From positions 49,910,001-49,974,000 of the forward strand of contig OZ336875.1 in NCBI GenBank assembly GCA_965287045.1: a DNA stretch of 64,000 nucleotides, read 5' to 3'. The translations under genes were made by a program, and so were the position numbers. Origin of the DNA: Carcharhinus amblyrhynchos (Eukaryota). The notes beneath the pieces were generated by a model. It was not told where the DNA came from. It made no database searches and saw nothing but the letters and a program-made list of their open reading frames with translations. Positions 47,075 to 59,450 of this stretch are shown here, piece after piece (positions within the stretch are counted from its first letter, which is position 1; every line of letters starts with the position of its first letter).

Positions 47075-47920
47075 TTTGATTTGATTTATTATTCTCACAT
47101 GTATTAACATACAATGAAATGTATTGTTTCTTGCGTGCTATACAGACAAAATATACCATTCATGAAGAAGGAAACGAGAATTTGCAGAATGTAGTGTTAC
47201 AGTCATAGCTAGGGTGTAGAGAAAAATCAACTTAATGCAAGGTAAGTCCATTCAAAAATCTGACAAGAGCAGGGAAGAAGCTGTTCTTGAGGCGGTTGGC
47301 ATGTGATCTCAGACTTTTGTATCTTTTTCCTGACAGAAGAAGGTGGAAGAGAGAATGTCCGGGGTGTGTGTGGTCCTTAATTATGCTGCCTGCTTTGCCA
47401 AGGCAGCGGGAAGTGTAAACAGAGTCAATGGATCGGAGGGCAGTTTGCGTGATAGATTAGGCTACATTCATGTGGTCTTGGGCAGAGCAGGAGTCATACC
47501 AAGTTGTGATACAACCAGAAAGCTTTCTGTGGAAGTTGGTGACAGTCAGGCTGACATTCCAAATTTCCTTCGTCTTCTGAGGAAATAGAGACGTTGGTGG
47601 GCTTTCTTAGCTATAGGGTCAGCATTGGCGGACCAGGAGATGTTGTTGGTGGTCTGGACTTGAAGATCTCGACCCTTTCTTCTTGTTCCCTGTTGATGTA
47701 AACAGGGGCAGGTTCTCCTTTATGCTTCCTGAAGTCGATGACAATCTCCTTCGTTTTCTTGACATTGAGGGAGAGATTATTGTTGCCACACCAGTTCACC
47801 AGATTCTCTATCTCATTCCTGTACTCTGTTCGTCATTGTTTGAGATCCGTCCCACTACGGTGGTGTCGTCAGCAAACTTGAAAATTGAGTTGGAGGGGAA
47901 TTTGGCCACACAGTCGTAGG
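47075..47920 (-). mobile_element. Rex1/Babar- or L2-like LINE 3' fragment with (ATCAA)n tail
   Basis: WCGNNNLSLNVKKTKEIVIDFRK RT C-terminal motif. Other copies at about 16765-16998(-), 38705-38935(-), 50020-50155(+). Confidence 0.75.
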
Positions 47921-48534
47921 CGTAATCACGGATACAATCATTTCAACCTTCTCTTTGTACGCACGTGCTGGGCTCCTTCATTGACGGTGGGAATATTCAA
48001 GGAGTCTCTTCCTGTTCATTGTTTAATTGTCCACCACCATTCATGACTGGATGTGGGGGGCTGGCAGAACTTTGTAAGCCATTGATTATGAGATGGTTTA
48101 ACTCTTTGTTCTTTTCTGTCATGCTTTGGTTTTCATTGCCCAATTTGCTACTCTTGTCTTGTCCATTCCCTTTAACTTCCAAATTTCCCTTCATGTGAAC
48201 TTTCCCCACTTTTCAGTTTAAAACTCTTCCCTACAGTCCTTGTTGTGTGGTTCACCAGTTCACTGCAGTATGCTGTGTATCTTATACTATTTTTGACTGG
48301 TAGTGTGCTGTGCATGGCTGATGCATTGATCGTGATTTATATTGAAGTGTTTAGATATTTTTCGGCTGTGTGGGATTAGTTATATTGGTTATAATTCATA
48401 GTCCATGTGCACGGATGGTGCAAACTATAAGGTAGATACTGAATGTGTTTGGATGGTGTTATGCTTTGAGCAACTTAATGTATTGACTGAAATTTATGAG
48501 ACCTAGCAAAACTGAATTCAGTAAGATTTAGATT

Positions 48535-49830
48535 GGAGTTGTGCACAGCACAAAGGAAGATGGTTGTAGTTGTTGGAGGTCAATCATTGTAGCCCAGGAC
48601 ACTAGTGCAGTTCTTCAGGGTAATGTTTGAGGCCCAAACACCTTCAGCTGCTTCATCAATGACCTTTCCTCAAACATGAACTCAGCAGTGAGGATATTTG
48701 TTGATGATTGCCTGTTAAGTAGCATTTGTGATTCCACAAATACTAAAGTTGTTTGTGCCCACATGCAACAAAAGGTGCACAACATTCTGGCAGGCAATGA
48801 CATATCCAACAACAGAGAAAATTATAACCATTCTCACTTGAATGTTCAATGGCATTACCATTATTGAAAGCCTGATAATCAGCATCCAGGGGGTCAACTT
48901 TGACCAGAAACTGAACTGGACCAGCCATGTAAATAAAAGCAAAATGCTGAGGATGCTGGAAACTGAAACAAAAACAGAAAGTGTTGGAAAATCTCAGCAG
49001 GTCTGACAGCCTCTGTGGAGTGAGAATGGAGCCAACGTTTTGGGTCAGGAACACCCTTTGTCAGAGCCATGTAAATACTGCAGCTGCAAGAGCAGGTTGG
49101 GGACTGTGATTTCTTTGACAAGGAACTTGCCTCCTGACTCCCCAAAATCTGTTCACCAGGCACAAGTGAGGACTGTGAATGAATACTCTCCATTTGCCTG
49201 GATGAATCCAACTTCAACATTCAAGAAGCTTGGCACAATCTAGAACAAAACAACCTGCTCAGTATTCCATGCAGCATCTTAACCATTCACTCCCTGTGCC
49301 ACCAACGCACAGTGACTACATCAACTACAGGACACACTGCAGCAATTTGCTAAGCCTTCTTTGACAGCACTTTCCAAATCTGAGACCTCAACCACCTCGA
49401 CGGCAAGGCAGAACATGCATGGGAATGAAAGTCCAAAAGACGTGCTGGTTAGGTGCATTGGCCATGCTAAATTCTTCCTCGGTGTACTTGAACAGGCACC
49501 GGAGTGTGGCAACTATGGGATTTTCACAGTAACTTCATTGCATTGTTAATGTAAGCCTACTTGTAACACTAATAAATGAACTTTAACACCGCCACACGCA
49601 AGTTCTCTTCCAATGTCACAGACCAACCAGACTTGGAACTTTACCCAGCATTCCTTCACTGTCACTACGGCAAAATCTGGGAACTCTTGTCACTGTGGAT
49701 TTACCTATACTGCATGGATTACAGTGGTTCAAGAGGGCAGCATACCACTATCTTCTCAAGGGCAACTAGTGGTGGGCAATAAATGTTGGTCTGGCCAGTG
49801 ATAACTACATCCCATGAAGAAATATATAAA
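48535..49830 (+). mobile_element. Degenerate LINE of a second CR1-clade family, with nested Penelope and SINE fragments
   Basis: QG..LGP..FSCFINDL / FVDD remnants; 3' end aagggcaactag...caataaatg...catcccatga. Related pieces at 25870-26285, 12275-12670, 15290-15445, 44385-44680. Confidence 0.65.
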
Positions 49831-50169
49831 TGTATGGAACATGCATGATGGTGCATGGGCTGTTGGATAATTTGTATTGTTTATAATTTAGTAATCAATA
49901 TATTTGAATATCGGCTTGTATGGAATGGGGTGAATTGACTATAATTGACAATGAATGTTGTGAGGGTGGGTGTAGACTTTTGAATGGATTTATCTCACAT
50001 TAAGTTGATTTTTCTTGATACCCTAGCTATGACAGTAACATTACATCTGCACTCTCTCCACTTTGCTTCGCTATGTACGGTATGCTTTGTCTGTATAGCG
50101 CAAAAATACTACTTTTCACTAATACATGTGACAATAAATCAAGTAAAAATCAAATTGAAACATTTACCT

Positions 50170-51705
50170 GGCCCTGTGCACAGGGAAGGTTTGCACCTTG
50201 TGTAGACAGAATGTTTGGAGAGGGGGAGAGTGGCACAGGGAAGGTTTGGAGGTGGAGAGAGGCAACGGAAGGTGTGGGCCCTGGTACAGGGAAGGTGTGG
50301 GCCAGGTTTGGACCATGTGTTGGGAAGGTTTGGAGAGGGTAAGTGCAGACCCTGTATGTGGAGGGGAAGAGGAGAGCTGCAAACCCTGTATGTGGAGGAA
50401 GAGAGGGAGATGGGAGGTGCAAACCCTGTGTGTTGAGGGGAAGGGGGAAAGGGAGATGCAGACCCTGCATGTGGAGAGAGAGGGGAAGGGCAGACCCTGT
50501 GGAAGGGGTGTGTGTGTGTATGCGGAGAGGGAGAGGGGAGGTGCAGATCTTGCGTGTGAGGGGGGGAGAGGGGAAGGGTAGAATCTGTGTGTGGAGGGGG
50601 AGAAGGGAGGTGCACATCCTGTGGAAGGTGAGGGTGGAAGGTGAGGGGGGAGGGTGAGGGGGGAGGGTGAGGGGGGAGGGTGAGGGGGGAGGGGGAGAGG
50701 GGAGGTGCATACCCTATGTGTGCAGGGGGGGAGGTGCAGACCCTGTGGAAGGTGAGGGTGGAGGGGGAAAAGGGAGGTGTAGACTCTGTGTGTGGAGGGG
50801 GAGAGGGCAGGTGCAGACCCTGTGTGTGGAGGGGGAGAGGGGAGGTGCAGACCCTGTGTGTGGAGGGGGAGAGGGGAGCTGCAGACCCTGTGGGAGGTGA
50901 GTGTGGAGGTGCAGACCCTATGGGAGGTGAGTGTGGAGGTGCAGACCCTGTGGGGGGGAGTGAGTGTGGAGGTGCAGCCCCTGTGGAAGGGGAGTGAGTG
51001 TGGGGGGTGAGTGTGGAGGTGCAGCCCCTGTGGGGGGGGAGTGAGTGTGGAGGTGCAGCCTCTGTGGGAGGGGAGTGAGTGTGGGGGGAGTGAGTGTGGA
51101 GGTGCAGCCCCTGTGGAAGGGGAGTGAGTGTGGGGGGAGTGAGTGTGGAGGTGCAGCCCCTGTGGGAGGTGAGTGAGTGTGGAGGTGCAGCCCCTGTGGA
51201 AGGGGAGTGAGTGTGGAGGTGCAGCCCCTGTGGAAGGGGAGTGAGTGTGGAGGTGCAGCCCCTGTGGGGGGGAGTGAGTGTGGAGGTGCAGCCCCTGTGG
51301 AAGGGGAGTGAGTGTGGGGGGGAGTGAGTGTGGAGGTGCAGCCCCTGTGGAAGGGGAGTGAGTGTGGAGGTGCAGCCCCTGTGGGGGGGGAGTGAGTGTG
51401 GAGGTGCAGCCCCTGTGGAAGGGGAGTGAGTGTGGAGGTGCAGCCCCTGTGGAAGGGGAGTGAGTGTGGGGGGGAGTGAGTGTGGAGGTGCAGCCCCTGT
51501 GGAAGGGGAGTGAGTGTGGGGGGAGTGAGTGTGGAGGTGCAGCCCCTGTGGAAGGGGAGTGAGTGTGGGGGGGAGTGAGTGTGGAGGTGCAGCCCCTGTG
51601 GCAGGGGAGTGAGTGTGGAGGTGCAGCCCCTGTGGGAGGGGAGTGAGTGTGGGGGGGAGTGAGTGTGGAGGTGCAGACCCTGTGGGAGGTGAGTGAGTGT
51701 GGGGG
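50170..51705. repeat. G-rich minisatellite, 34-bp core GGAGGTGCAGCCCCTGTGGAAGGGGAGTGAGTGT with optional GTGAGTGTG(G)n insert; degenerate 50170-50880, homogeneous 50880-51705
   Basis: Tandem periodicity read directly; explains the low-complexity ORFs at 50139-52134. Confidence 0.95.
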
Positions 51706-52140
51706 GAGGCTGCAGTGCGCTGGGCGGTGTGTAGGTGGCGCAGTCACTGCCTGCTGGCAGTGCGGGAGCTGCGGGCTGCAGTGAGGAGCGGGGGGGTGTA
51801 GATGGCGCAGGGCGGTGAGCCGGAGGCTGCAGCTCGGATTGCGGGCACTCCCGGCTGAGTGCACGGGAAGATGGCGGCGGAGGATCGGGAGAGGGACCAG
51901 GCCCGCAGTGATAACGCCAAACACAAGCGCAAGGAGCAGCTGAAGCGCTGGCTGGGCTCCGACACTGACCGGGAGTCCGATCGGCCCCGCACACAACATC
52001 TGCGGGTCAAGTTCGCCGAGGGAGCCGTGTTCCTGGCGGCCTGTTCCAGCGGTGACCGAGATGAGGTGGAGAAGATGCTGCTGAAAGGAGCCGACATCAA
52101 CTACACCAATGTGGATGGACTGACCGCCCTGCACCAGGTA
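51705..52140 (+). promoter_or_regulatory. CpG-rich promoter / 5'UTR / first exon of the PPP1R12 gene
   Basis: Dense CpG and GC boxes (GGGCGG) in an otherwise CpG-depleted window. Confidence 0.65.
51871..52137 (+). CDS. PPP1R12: Protein phosphatase 1 regulatory subunit 12 (MYPT family) coding exon 1; paralogue (12A, 12B or 12C) not resolved
   Basis: MAAEDRERDQARSDNAKHKRKEQLKRWLGS...RVKFAEGAVFLAACSSGDRDEVEKMLLKGADINYTNVDGLTALHQ: MyPhoNE motif (RxxQLKRW), RVxF PP1-docking motif, start of ankyrin repeats. Kozak context aagATGG; donor CAG|gtaaac falls after LHQ. Exon 2 was not found in the window. Confidence 0.93.
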
Positions 52141-52180
52141 AACCCCCAGAGACCGGGGGCACAGAGAGCACTGACAGGCA

Positions 52181-54985
52181 CACTGTCCAGAGAGAGTGAC
52201 CCACTGACCAGGGACCCACTGTCCAGAGAGAGTGACCCACTGACCAGGGACCCACTGTCCAGAGAGAGTGACCCACTGTCCAGAGAGAGTGACCCACTGT
52301 CCAGAGAGAGTGACCCACTGACCAGTGACCCACTGTCCAGAGAGAGTGACCCACTGACCAGGGACCCACTGTCCAGAGAGAGTGACCCACTGTCCAGAGA
52401 GAGTGACCCACTGTCCAGAGAGAGTGACCCACTGACCAGGGACCCGCTGTCCAGAGAGAGTGACCCATTGACCAGGGACCCGCTGTCCAGAGAGAGTGAC
52501 CCATTGACCAGGGACCCGCTGTCCAGAGAGAGTGACCCACTGACCAGGGACCCGCTGTCCAGAGAGAGTGACCCACTGACCAGGGACCCGCTGTCCAGAG
52601 AGAGTGACCCACTGTCCAGAGAGAGTGACCCACTGACCAGGGACCCACTGTCCAGAGAGAGTGACCCACTGTCCAGAGAGAGTGACCCACTGACCAGGGA
52701 CCCACTGTCCAGAGAGAGTGACCCGCTGTCCAGAGAGAGTGACCCACTGTCCAGAGAGAGGGACCCGCTGTCCAGAGAGAGTGACCCATTGACCAGGGAC
52801 CCGCTGTCCAGAGAGAGTGACCCACTGACCAGGGACCCGCTGTCCAGAGAGAGTGACCCACTGACCAGGGACCCGCTGTCCAGAGAGAGTGACCCACTGA
52901 CCAGGGACCCGCTGTCCAGAGAGAGTGACCCACTGTCCAGAGAGAGTGACCCACTGACCAGGGACCCACTGTCCAGAGAGAGTGACCCACTGTCCAGAGA
53001 GAGTGACCCACTGACCAGGGACCCACTGTCCAGAGAGAGTGACCCGCTGTCCAGAGAGAGTGACCCACTGTCCAGAGAGAGTGACCCACTGACCAGGGAC
53101 CCGCTGTCCAGAGAGAGTGACCCGCTGTCCAGAGAGAGTGACCCACTGTCCAGAGAGAGTGACCCACTGACCAGGGACCCGCTGTCCAGAGAGAGTGACC
53201 CACTGTCCAGAGAGAGTGACCCACTGACCAGGGACCCACTGTCCAGAGAGAGTGACCCGCTGTCCAGAGAGAGTGACCCACTGTCCAGAGAGAGTGACCC
53301 ACTGACCAGGGACCCGCTGTCCAGAGAGAGTGACCCACTGTCCAGAGAGAGTGACCCACTGAACAGGGACCCGCTGTCCAGAGAGAGTGACCCGCTGTCC
53401 AGAGAGAGTGACCCACTGACCAGGGACCCACTGTCCAGAGAGAGTGACCCACTGACCAGGGACCCACTGTCCAGAGAGAGTGACCCACTGACCAGGGACC
53501 CACTGTCCAGAGAGAGTGACCCACTGACCAGGGACCCACTGTCCAGAGAGAGTGACCCACTGACCAGGGACCCACTGTCCAGAGAGAGTGACCCACTGAC
53601 CAGGGACCCACTGTCCAGAGAGAGTGACCCACTGACCAGGGACCCACTGTCCAGAGAGAGTGACCCACTGACCAGGGACCCACTGTCCAGAGAGAGTGAC
53701 CCACTGACCAGGGACCCACTGTCCAGAGAGAGTGACCCATTGACCAGGGACCCGCTGTCCAGAGAGAGTGACCCATTGACCAGGGACCCGCTGTCCAGAG
53801 AGAGTGACCCATTGACCAGGGACCCGCTGTCCAGAGAGAGTGACCCATTGACCAGGGACCCGCTGTCCAGAGAGAGTGACCCATTGACCAGTGACCCATT
53901 GACCAGGGACCCGCTGTCCAGAGAGAGTGACCCATTGACCAGGGACCCGCTGTCCAGGGAGAGTGACCCATTGACCAGGGACCCGCTGTCCAGAGAGAGT
54001 GACCCATTGACCAGGGACCCGCTGTCCAGAGAGAGTGACCCATTGACCAGGGACCCGCTGTCCAGAGAGAGTGACCCACTGTCCAGAGAGAGTGACCTAC
54101 TGACCAGGGATCTGCTGTCCAGGGAGAGTGACCCATTGACCAGGGACCCGCGGTCCAGAGAGAGTGACCCATTGACCAGGGACCCGCTGTCCAGAGAGAG
54201 TGACCCATTGACCAGGGACCCGCTGTCCAGTGAGAGTGACCCATTGACCAGGGACCCGCTGTCCAGAGAGAGTGACCTACTGACCAGGGACCTGCTGTCC
54301 AGGGAGAGTGACCCATTGACCAGGGACCTGCGGTCCAGAGAGAGTGACCCATTGACCAGGGACCTGCTGTCCAGAGAGAGTGACCCATTGACCAGGGACC
54401 CGCTGTCCAGGGAGAGTGACCCATTGACTAGGGACCTGCTGTCCAGGGAGAGTGACCCATTGACCAGGGACCCGCTGTCCAGGGAGAGTGACCCATTGAC
54501 CAGGGACCCGCTGTCCAGGGAGAGTGACCCATTGACCAGGGACCCGCTGTCCAGAGAGAGTGACCCATTGACCAGGGACCCGCTGTCCAGAGAGAGTGAC
54601 CCGCTGTCCAGAGAGAGTGACCTACTGACCAGGGACCCGCTGTCCAGGGAGAGTGATCCATTGACCAGGGACCCGCTGTCCAGAGAGAGTGACCCACTGT
54701 CCAGAGAGAGTGACCCACTGACCAGGGACCCGCTGCCCAGAGAGAGTGACCCACTGCCCAGAGAGAGTGACCCACTGCCCAGGGACCCACTGTTCAGAGA
54801 GAGTGACCCACTGCCGAGAGAGAGTGACCCACTGACCAGGGACCCGCTGCCCAGAGAGGGTGACCCGCTGCCCAGAGAGGGTGACCCACTGCCCAGAGTG
54901 ACCCACTGTCCAGAGACCCACTGCCCAGAGAGGGTGACCCGCTGCCCAGAGAGGGTGACCCACTGCCCAGAGTGACCCACTGTCC
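52181..54985. repeat. Compound minisatellite of 21-bp (GACCCACTGTCCAGAGAGAGT) and 15-bp (GACCCACTGACCAGG) units in PPP1R12 intron 1
   Basis: About 2.8 kb of interspersed units, read directly. Confidence 0.97.
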
Positions 54986-55104
54986 TGAGACCCACTGCCC
55001 AGAGATCTGCTGCCCAGAGAGGGTGCCGTGCTGCCCAGAGAGGGTGCTCCGCTGCCAAGAGAGGGTGCCCCGCTGCCCAGAGAGGGCAACCCGCTGCCCA
55101 GAGT

Positions 55105-55300
55105 GACACCCACTGCCCAGAGAGTGAGAGAGAGTGCCCCACTGCCCAGAGAGTGAGAGAGAGTGCCCCACTACCCAGAGAGTGAGAGAGAGTGCCCCAC
55201 TGCCCAGAGAGTGAGAGAGAGTGCCCCACTACCCAGAGAGTGAGAGAGAGTGCCCCACTGCCCAGAGAGTGCCCCACTGCCCAGAGAGTGAGAGAGCCCA
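55105..55300. repeat. 29-bp tandem repeat (GTGCCCCACTGCCCAGAGAGTGAGAGAGA) related to the adjacent array
   Basis: About 6 copies, read directly. Confidence 0.85.
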
Positions 55301-55411
55301 CTAACCAGGGGTGGGGTGGCGGGGACCGCAGAGTGAACTCATTCCCTGACTTGTCAACTCTCAACCTGGGGGAAAACACAGTCAATGAGTAGCTTCCAGT
55401 TAGCCCAGAGA

Positions 55412-55903
55412 GAGAGAGACCCACTCCGCTGCCCAGCGAGAGAGGGAGACCCACTCCGCTGCCCAGCGAGAGAGGGAGACCCACTCCGCTGCCCAGCGAG
55501 AGAGGGAGACCCACTCCGCTGCCCAGCGAGGGAGGGAGACCCACTCAGCTGCCCAGCGAGGGAGGGAGACCCACTCCGCTGCCCAGCGAGAGAGGGAGAC
55601 CCACTCCGCTGCCCCGCGAGGGAGGGAGACCCACTCCGCTGCCCAGCGAGAGAGGGAGACCCACTCCGCTGCCCAGCGAGAGAGGGAGACCCACTCCGCT
55701 GCCCCGCGAGGGAGGGAGACCCACTCCGCTGCCCCGCGAGGGAGGGAGACCCACTCCGCTGCCCCGCGAGGGAGGGAGACCCACTCCGCTGCCCCGCGAG
55801 GGAGGGAGACCCACTCCGCTGCCCCGCGAGGGAGGGAGACCCACTCCGCTGCCCCGCGAGAGAGGGAGACCCACTCCGCTGCCCCACGAGAGAGGGAGAC
55901 CCC
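55412..55903. repeat. 30-bp minisatellite (GAGAGGGAGACCCACTCCGCTGCCCAGCGA), about 16 copies
   Basis: Exact 30-nt periodicity. Confidence 0.95.
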
Positions 55904-57544
55904 TGTCCAGGGATGGGGTGGCAGGGAGTGCGGAGTGAGCTCACTCCCTGACTTGTCAACTCTCACCCTAGGGGGATACTCGGGGAATGAGTAGCTTCCA
56001 GTTAACTCAGAGTCCAGGGAAAACACATTCACAACCTTTATATCAAACGGGAAAGGACCAATGGAAGGAATGGCTGAAGAGTTATTGAGACCATCTCAAA
56101 TGGGAAAGGGACTAGCAACAATTTTCTCCAGCGTTTCTGTGCACTTTTTAAAAGTTACTGGGTCTGAATTGGGCAAAGGATCCTGGGTCTGGCTGTTTGT
56201 TCCTGGTCCCAACTCTAACTCTAGACTTGTGCTTCAGCATCTGGTTCCTGGGTCAAGTTGCTCTGCTGTCCATTCCTGCACTCTGTATGTCTGTCTGTGT
56301 GTTACGTCTGGCCTGAGAGCAGCCTCAGGCCAGAATGCACAGAATGATTTGGAGCCGAATCTAGTGAATGGAAAATGTCCTTTTCAAGGCTCCAATCCAC
56401 ATCCCAAGTCTTGCGGTGATGTGAATGCTGGGGGAGTGAGGCAGCGCTGCTGTCTCGTTACTTCAAATATAGACAGTCACTCCTGGTGAGAGGCAGGTGA
56501 TTTAGAATGGCAGGATAAGGTTTAGAGTTAAGACCCTTGGTCTGATTGTAGCTTCTGTCCTATAGCTGACAGTTATCCGATTTACTGATGTTAACCTTTG
56601 GTAGAGATCAGCATTTCTGTCATTGTCACCCTGGAAGCTGACAGCACAGAAGGATGAAGTTCAGTTGGCACGTATATGCCAACTTCTTGCAACCTAAAAG
56701 TTAACTAGCCCCCTCTGCCAAACGCGCACTTTCTGCTGCGTATCATCACTTACTTCAAATATTTATACACTTATTCTTTAAAAGATGCAATGTTTTCAGC
56801 CTAAACCCAACCACCCCCTAGAGAAAAGTGTTTCAGTCCTCCGCAAATAAAATTATCTGAACAAATTTAAGGAAATCTTGGGAAAACAGGAGTGTTTTTG
56901 TTAGAACAGAGATTATTCAGGTTGATTTGATATCGACGTTTCGAAGTAACGATGCAGTGGGACAAAGTAGGTACAGAGAGGTGGGTTTTGAAGCAGTTGA
57001 GAGGAGAAGAGTTCTACAGTAAGGGGACGCAGTATTTACGTAAAGGATTGTGAGACAGTGGAATGCAACATTGAAGGATAGGTTGAAGAAAAGCGGAATA
57101 AAAGGATATGGTCACATGAGATTGTGGCAGCTGGTATTGTGGCGGATAATCTCCCAACAAGGCCAAGTAACAGATTTCCTTGTAAATTCTATCGGATTCC
57201 ATGTAACTCTCTTGCTTAGTCTTTGAACAGATAAACCTCTTGTCTGATTCTCCAGCACAAGACAACAGATAATAAATCAGCTCAGCTGCCAATTTGCGGA
57301 ATTTCTCAATCAAACTGTTTGTTCGAGCTTGAGAAAGCCACCAGATCTTAAAACTCTGCCATTATGTTAGGAGTGTTCTTTGAGACATGGAAAGATAACA
57401 GACTCTAAAGGTTAGCCTTTGTTGTGTTGTACAGTAAAAGAAAAAGTGATAACTTGCGTCAGTACCATGCCTATAATTATCACAGGACATTTCAAAACAT
57501 TTTACAACCAACTTTTAAAGTCCAGTCATTGATGTGATAAGAAA

Positions 57545-59450
57545 TAGGATCACAAGGATGCCATTTGACAGTTCCAATCTGTTTTGTCATTCAATAAAAT
57601 CATGACTACCTCAATTACACCTTCCCTCACAATCCCCATTTTGCTTAATTCCTTTAGTATCTAGAAATCTATCTTTCTCTGCCTTGCATGTACTCAAAAA
57701 CTGAACATTTCAACCTTTTCGGGAGAGCATTTACAAGTGAAGAGATTTTCCTAATCTCAGTCCGAAAACGGTCAGTGCCTTATTCTGAGACTGAGATGCC
57801 GTGCTCTAGACTTCCCAATCAGAGTAAACATTTTCTTTGCAGCTATCCACTCATATTCCTTAATATTCTTTTCAGAATATTAAGATTTCTTCCAAATTTT
57901 AGGGATCATAGGCCTCGTCTGCTCACTCTCTCATAGAGCAATCTCTAACCCCCATGAACCTTCTTTGCTCTCTCTGTCTCTAAGGCAAGTATACCCTTCC
58001 TTTGGTAATGAAACCAAGACTCGTCAGCACTGCAGGTGTGGTCTCACCAGTGCTCTATATAATTGCAGGAAGACTCCTTTATTCGTATCTCTCCATTCCT
58101 TTTGTAATATAGGTTAACATACCTTTTTCCTGATTTCTTGCTGCACTTGGCTGTTGACTTTCTGTGATTCATGCACAAGAACACCCAGGTCCCTCTGAAT
58201 GTCAACATTTCCCAATCAAATTAACGTTGAAGAAATGTTTTGCTTTTTTTGTCTTAACAAGGTAGATAAGTGCATGCTGCTTCACCTTGTGTGCCATCTG
58301 CTATGTTTTTGCTCACACAATAAACTTGTCTCTACCCCTTTGCATCCACCTCACAGTTTACTTTCATACCTAGCAACTTACCATTAGCAAATTTGGATAC
58401 ATTGCACTTGGTCCCCTTCTGGTAATCACTGATGTAGTTGTAGATAGCTGAGACTCGAGTGTTAATTCTTGCAGTATCTCATATTTACAGCGTGGCAACC
58501 TGACAATAATTTGGTCATTTTGACTCCCTGTTTTCTGTCAATTTATCAATCTTCTATCCATGTTAATATATTACCTCCAATTTCAGAGATTTACAACATG
58601 GAAACAGGCCCTTCAGCCCAACCTGTCCATGCTGCACTTTTTTTTAATGACTAAGCTGGCCTGTGTTTGACCCATGTAACTGTCTAAATACTTTTTAAAA
58701 AACAAAATTGTACCCGCCTTTACTACTACTTCTGGCAGCTTGTTCCAGACACTCACCTCCTCTGTGAAAAAATTGCCCCTCTGGACCTTTTTGTATCTCT
58801 CCCCTCTCATCTTAAATCTATGCCCTGTCATTTTAGATTCCCCTACCTTTGGGAAAAGATATTGACCATCTACCTTGTCTATGCTCATTATTTTGTAGAC
58901 CTCTATAAGATCACCTCTAAGTTTTCTATGCTCCAGAGAAAAATGTCCCAGTCTATCCAGCCTCTCCTTGTATATCAATCTATCAAGTTCTGGTAGCATC
59001 CTCGTAAATATTTTCTGCATGCTTTCTAGTTTAATAATATTCTTTCTATAATAGGGTGACTAGAACTGTACATAATATTCCAAGTGTGGCTTTACCAATG
59101 TCTTGTACAACTTCAACAAAATGTCCCAAGTCCTGTATTCAATGTTCATGAGCCCTAACTTTCTGTCCATTAGCCAATACTGATTTATGCTAATATATTA
59201 TCCTGTTCCCTGAGCCCTAATCTTCTGTAATAAATTTGTTAACAAGCATCTTTTATTGAAAATCCAGATACACTACAACCACTGGATTTCCCCTTACTTT
59301 GCTCTCCAGGCACCATCTCGAAAACATTCTAAACTGACTTGCCAAAAATGATTTTCTTTTCATAAATCCATGTTGATGGCACCCCATCATTATGATTTTT
59401 GAAAGTGCCCTGTTGCTAATCCTCAATAGTAGATTTTAGCATTTTCTCAT
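57545..59450 (-). mobile_element. Old CR1 containing a younger nested CR1 3' fragment (about 58590-59145)
   Basis: ORF 58613-59020 (RLDRLGHFSLEHRKLRGDLIEVYKIM) inside more degenerate antisense CR1 sequence. Confidence 0.75.

Noticed and set aside
50139-52134. His/Pro/Ser-rich ORFs up to 656 aa
   Set aside because: Translations of the G-rich 34-bp minisatellite.
52097-55544. Very long - strand ORFs (775 aa and 1147 aa)
   Set aside because: By-products of a repeat whose unit lengths are multiples of 3; no domains, promoter or splice support.
52181-55903. Possible CRISPR-like repeat-spacer array
   Set aside because: No unique spacers, no cas genes, vertebrate intron; these are ordinary tandem repeats.
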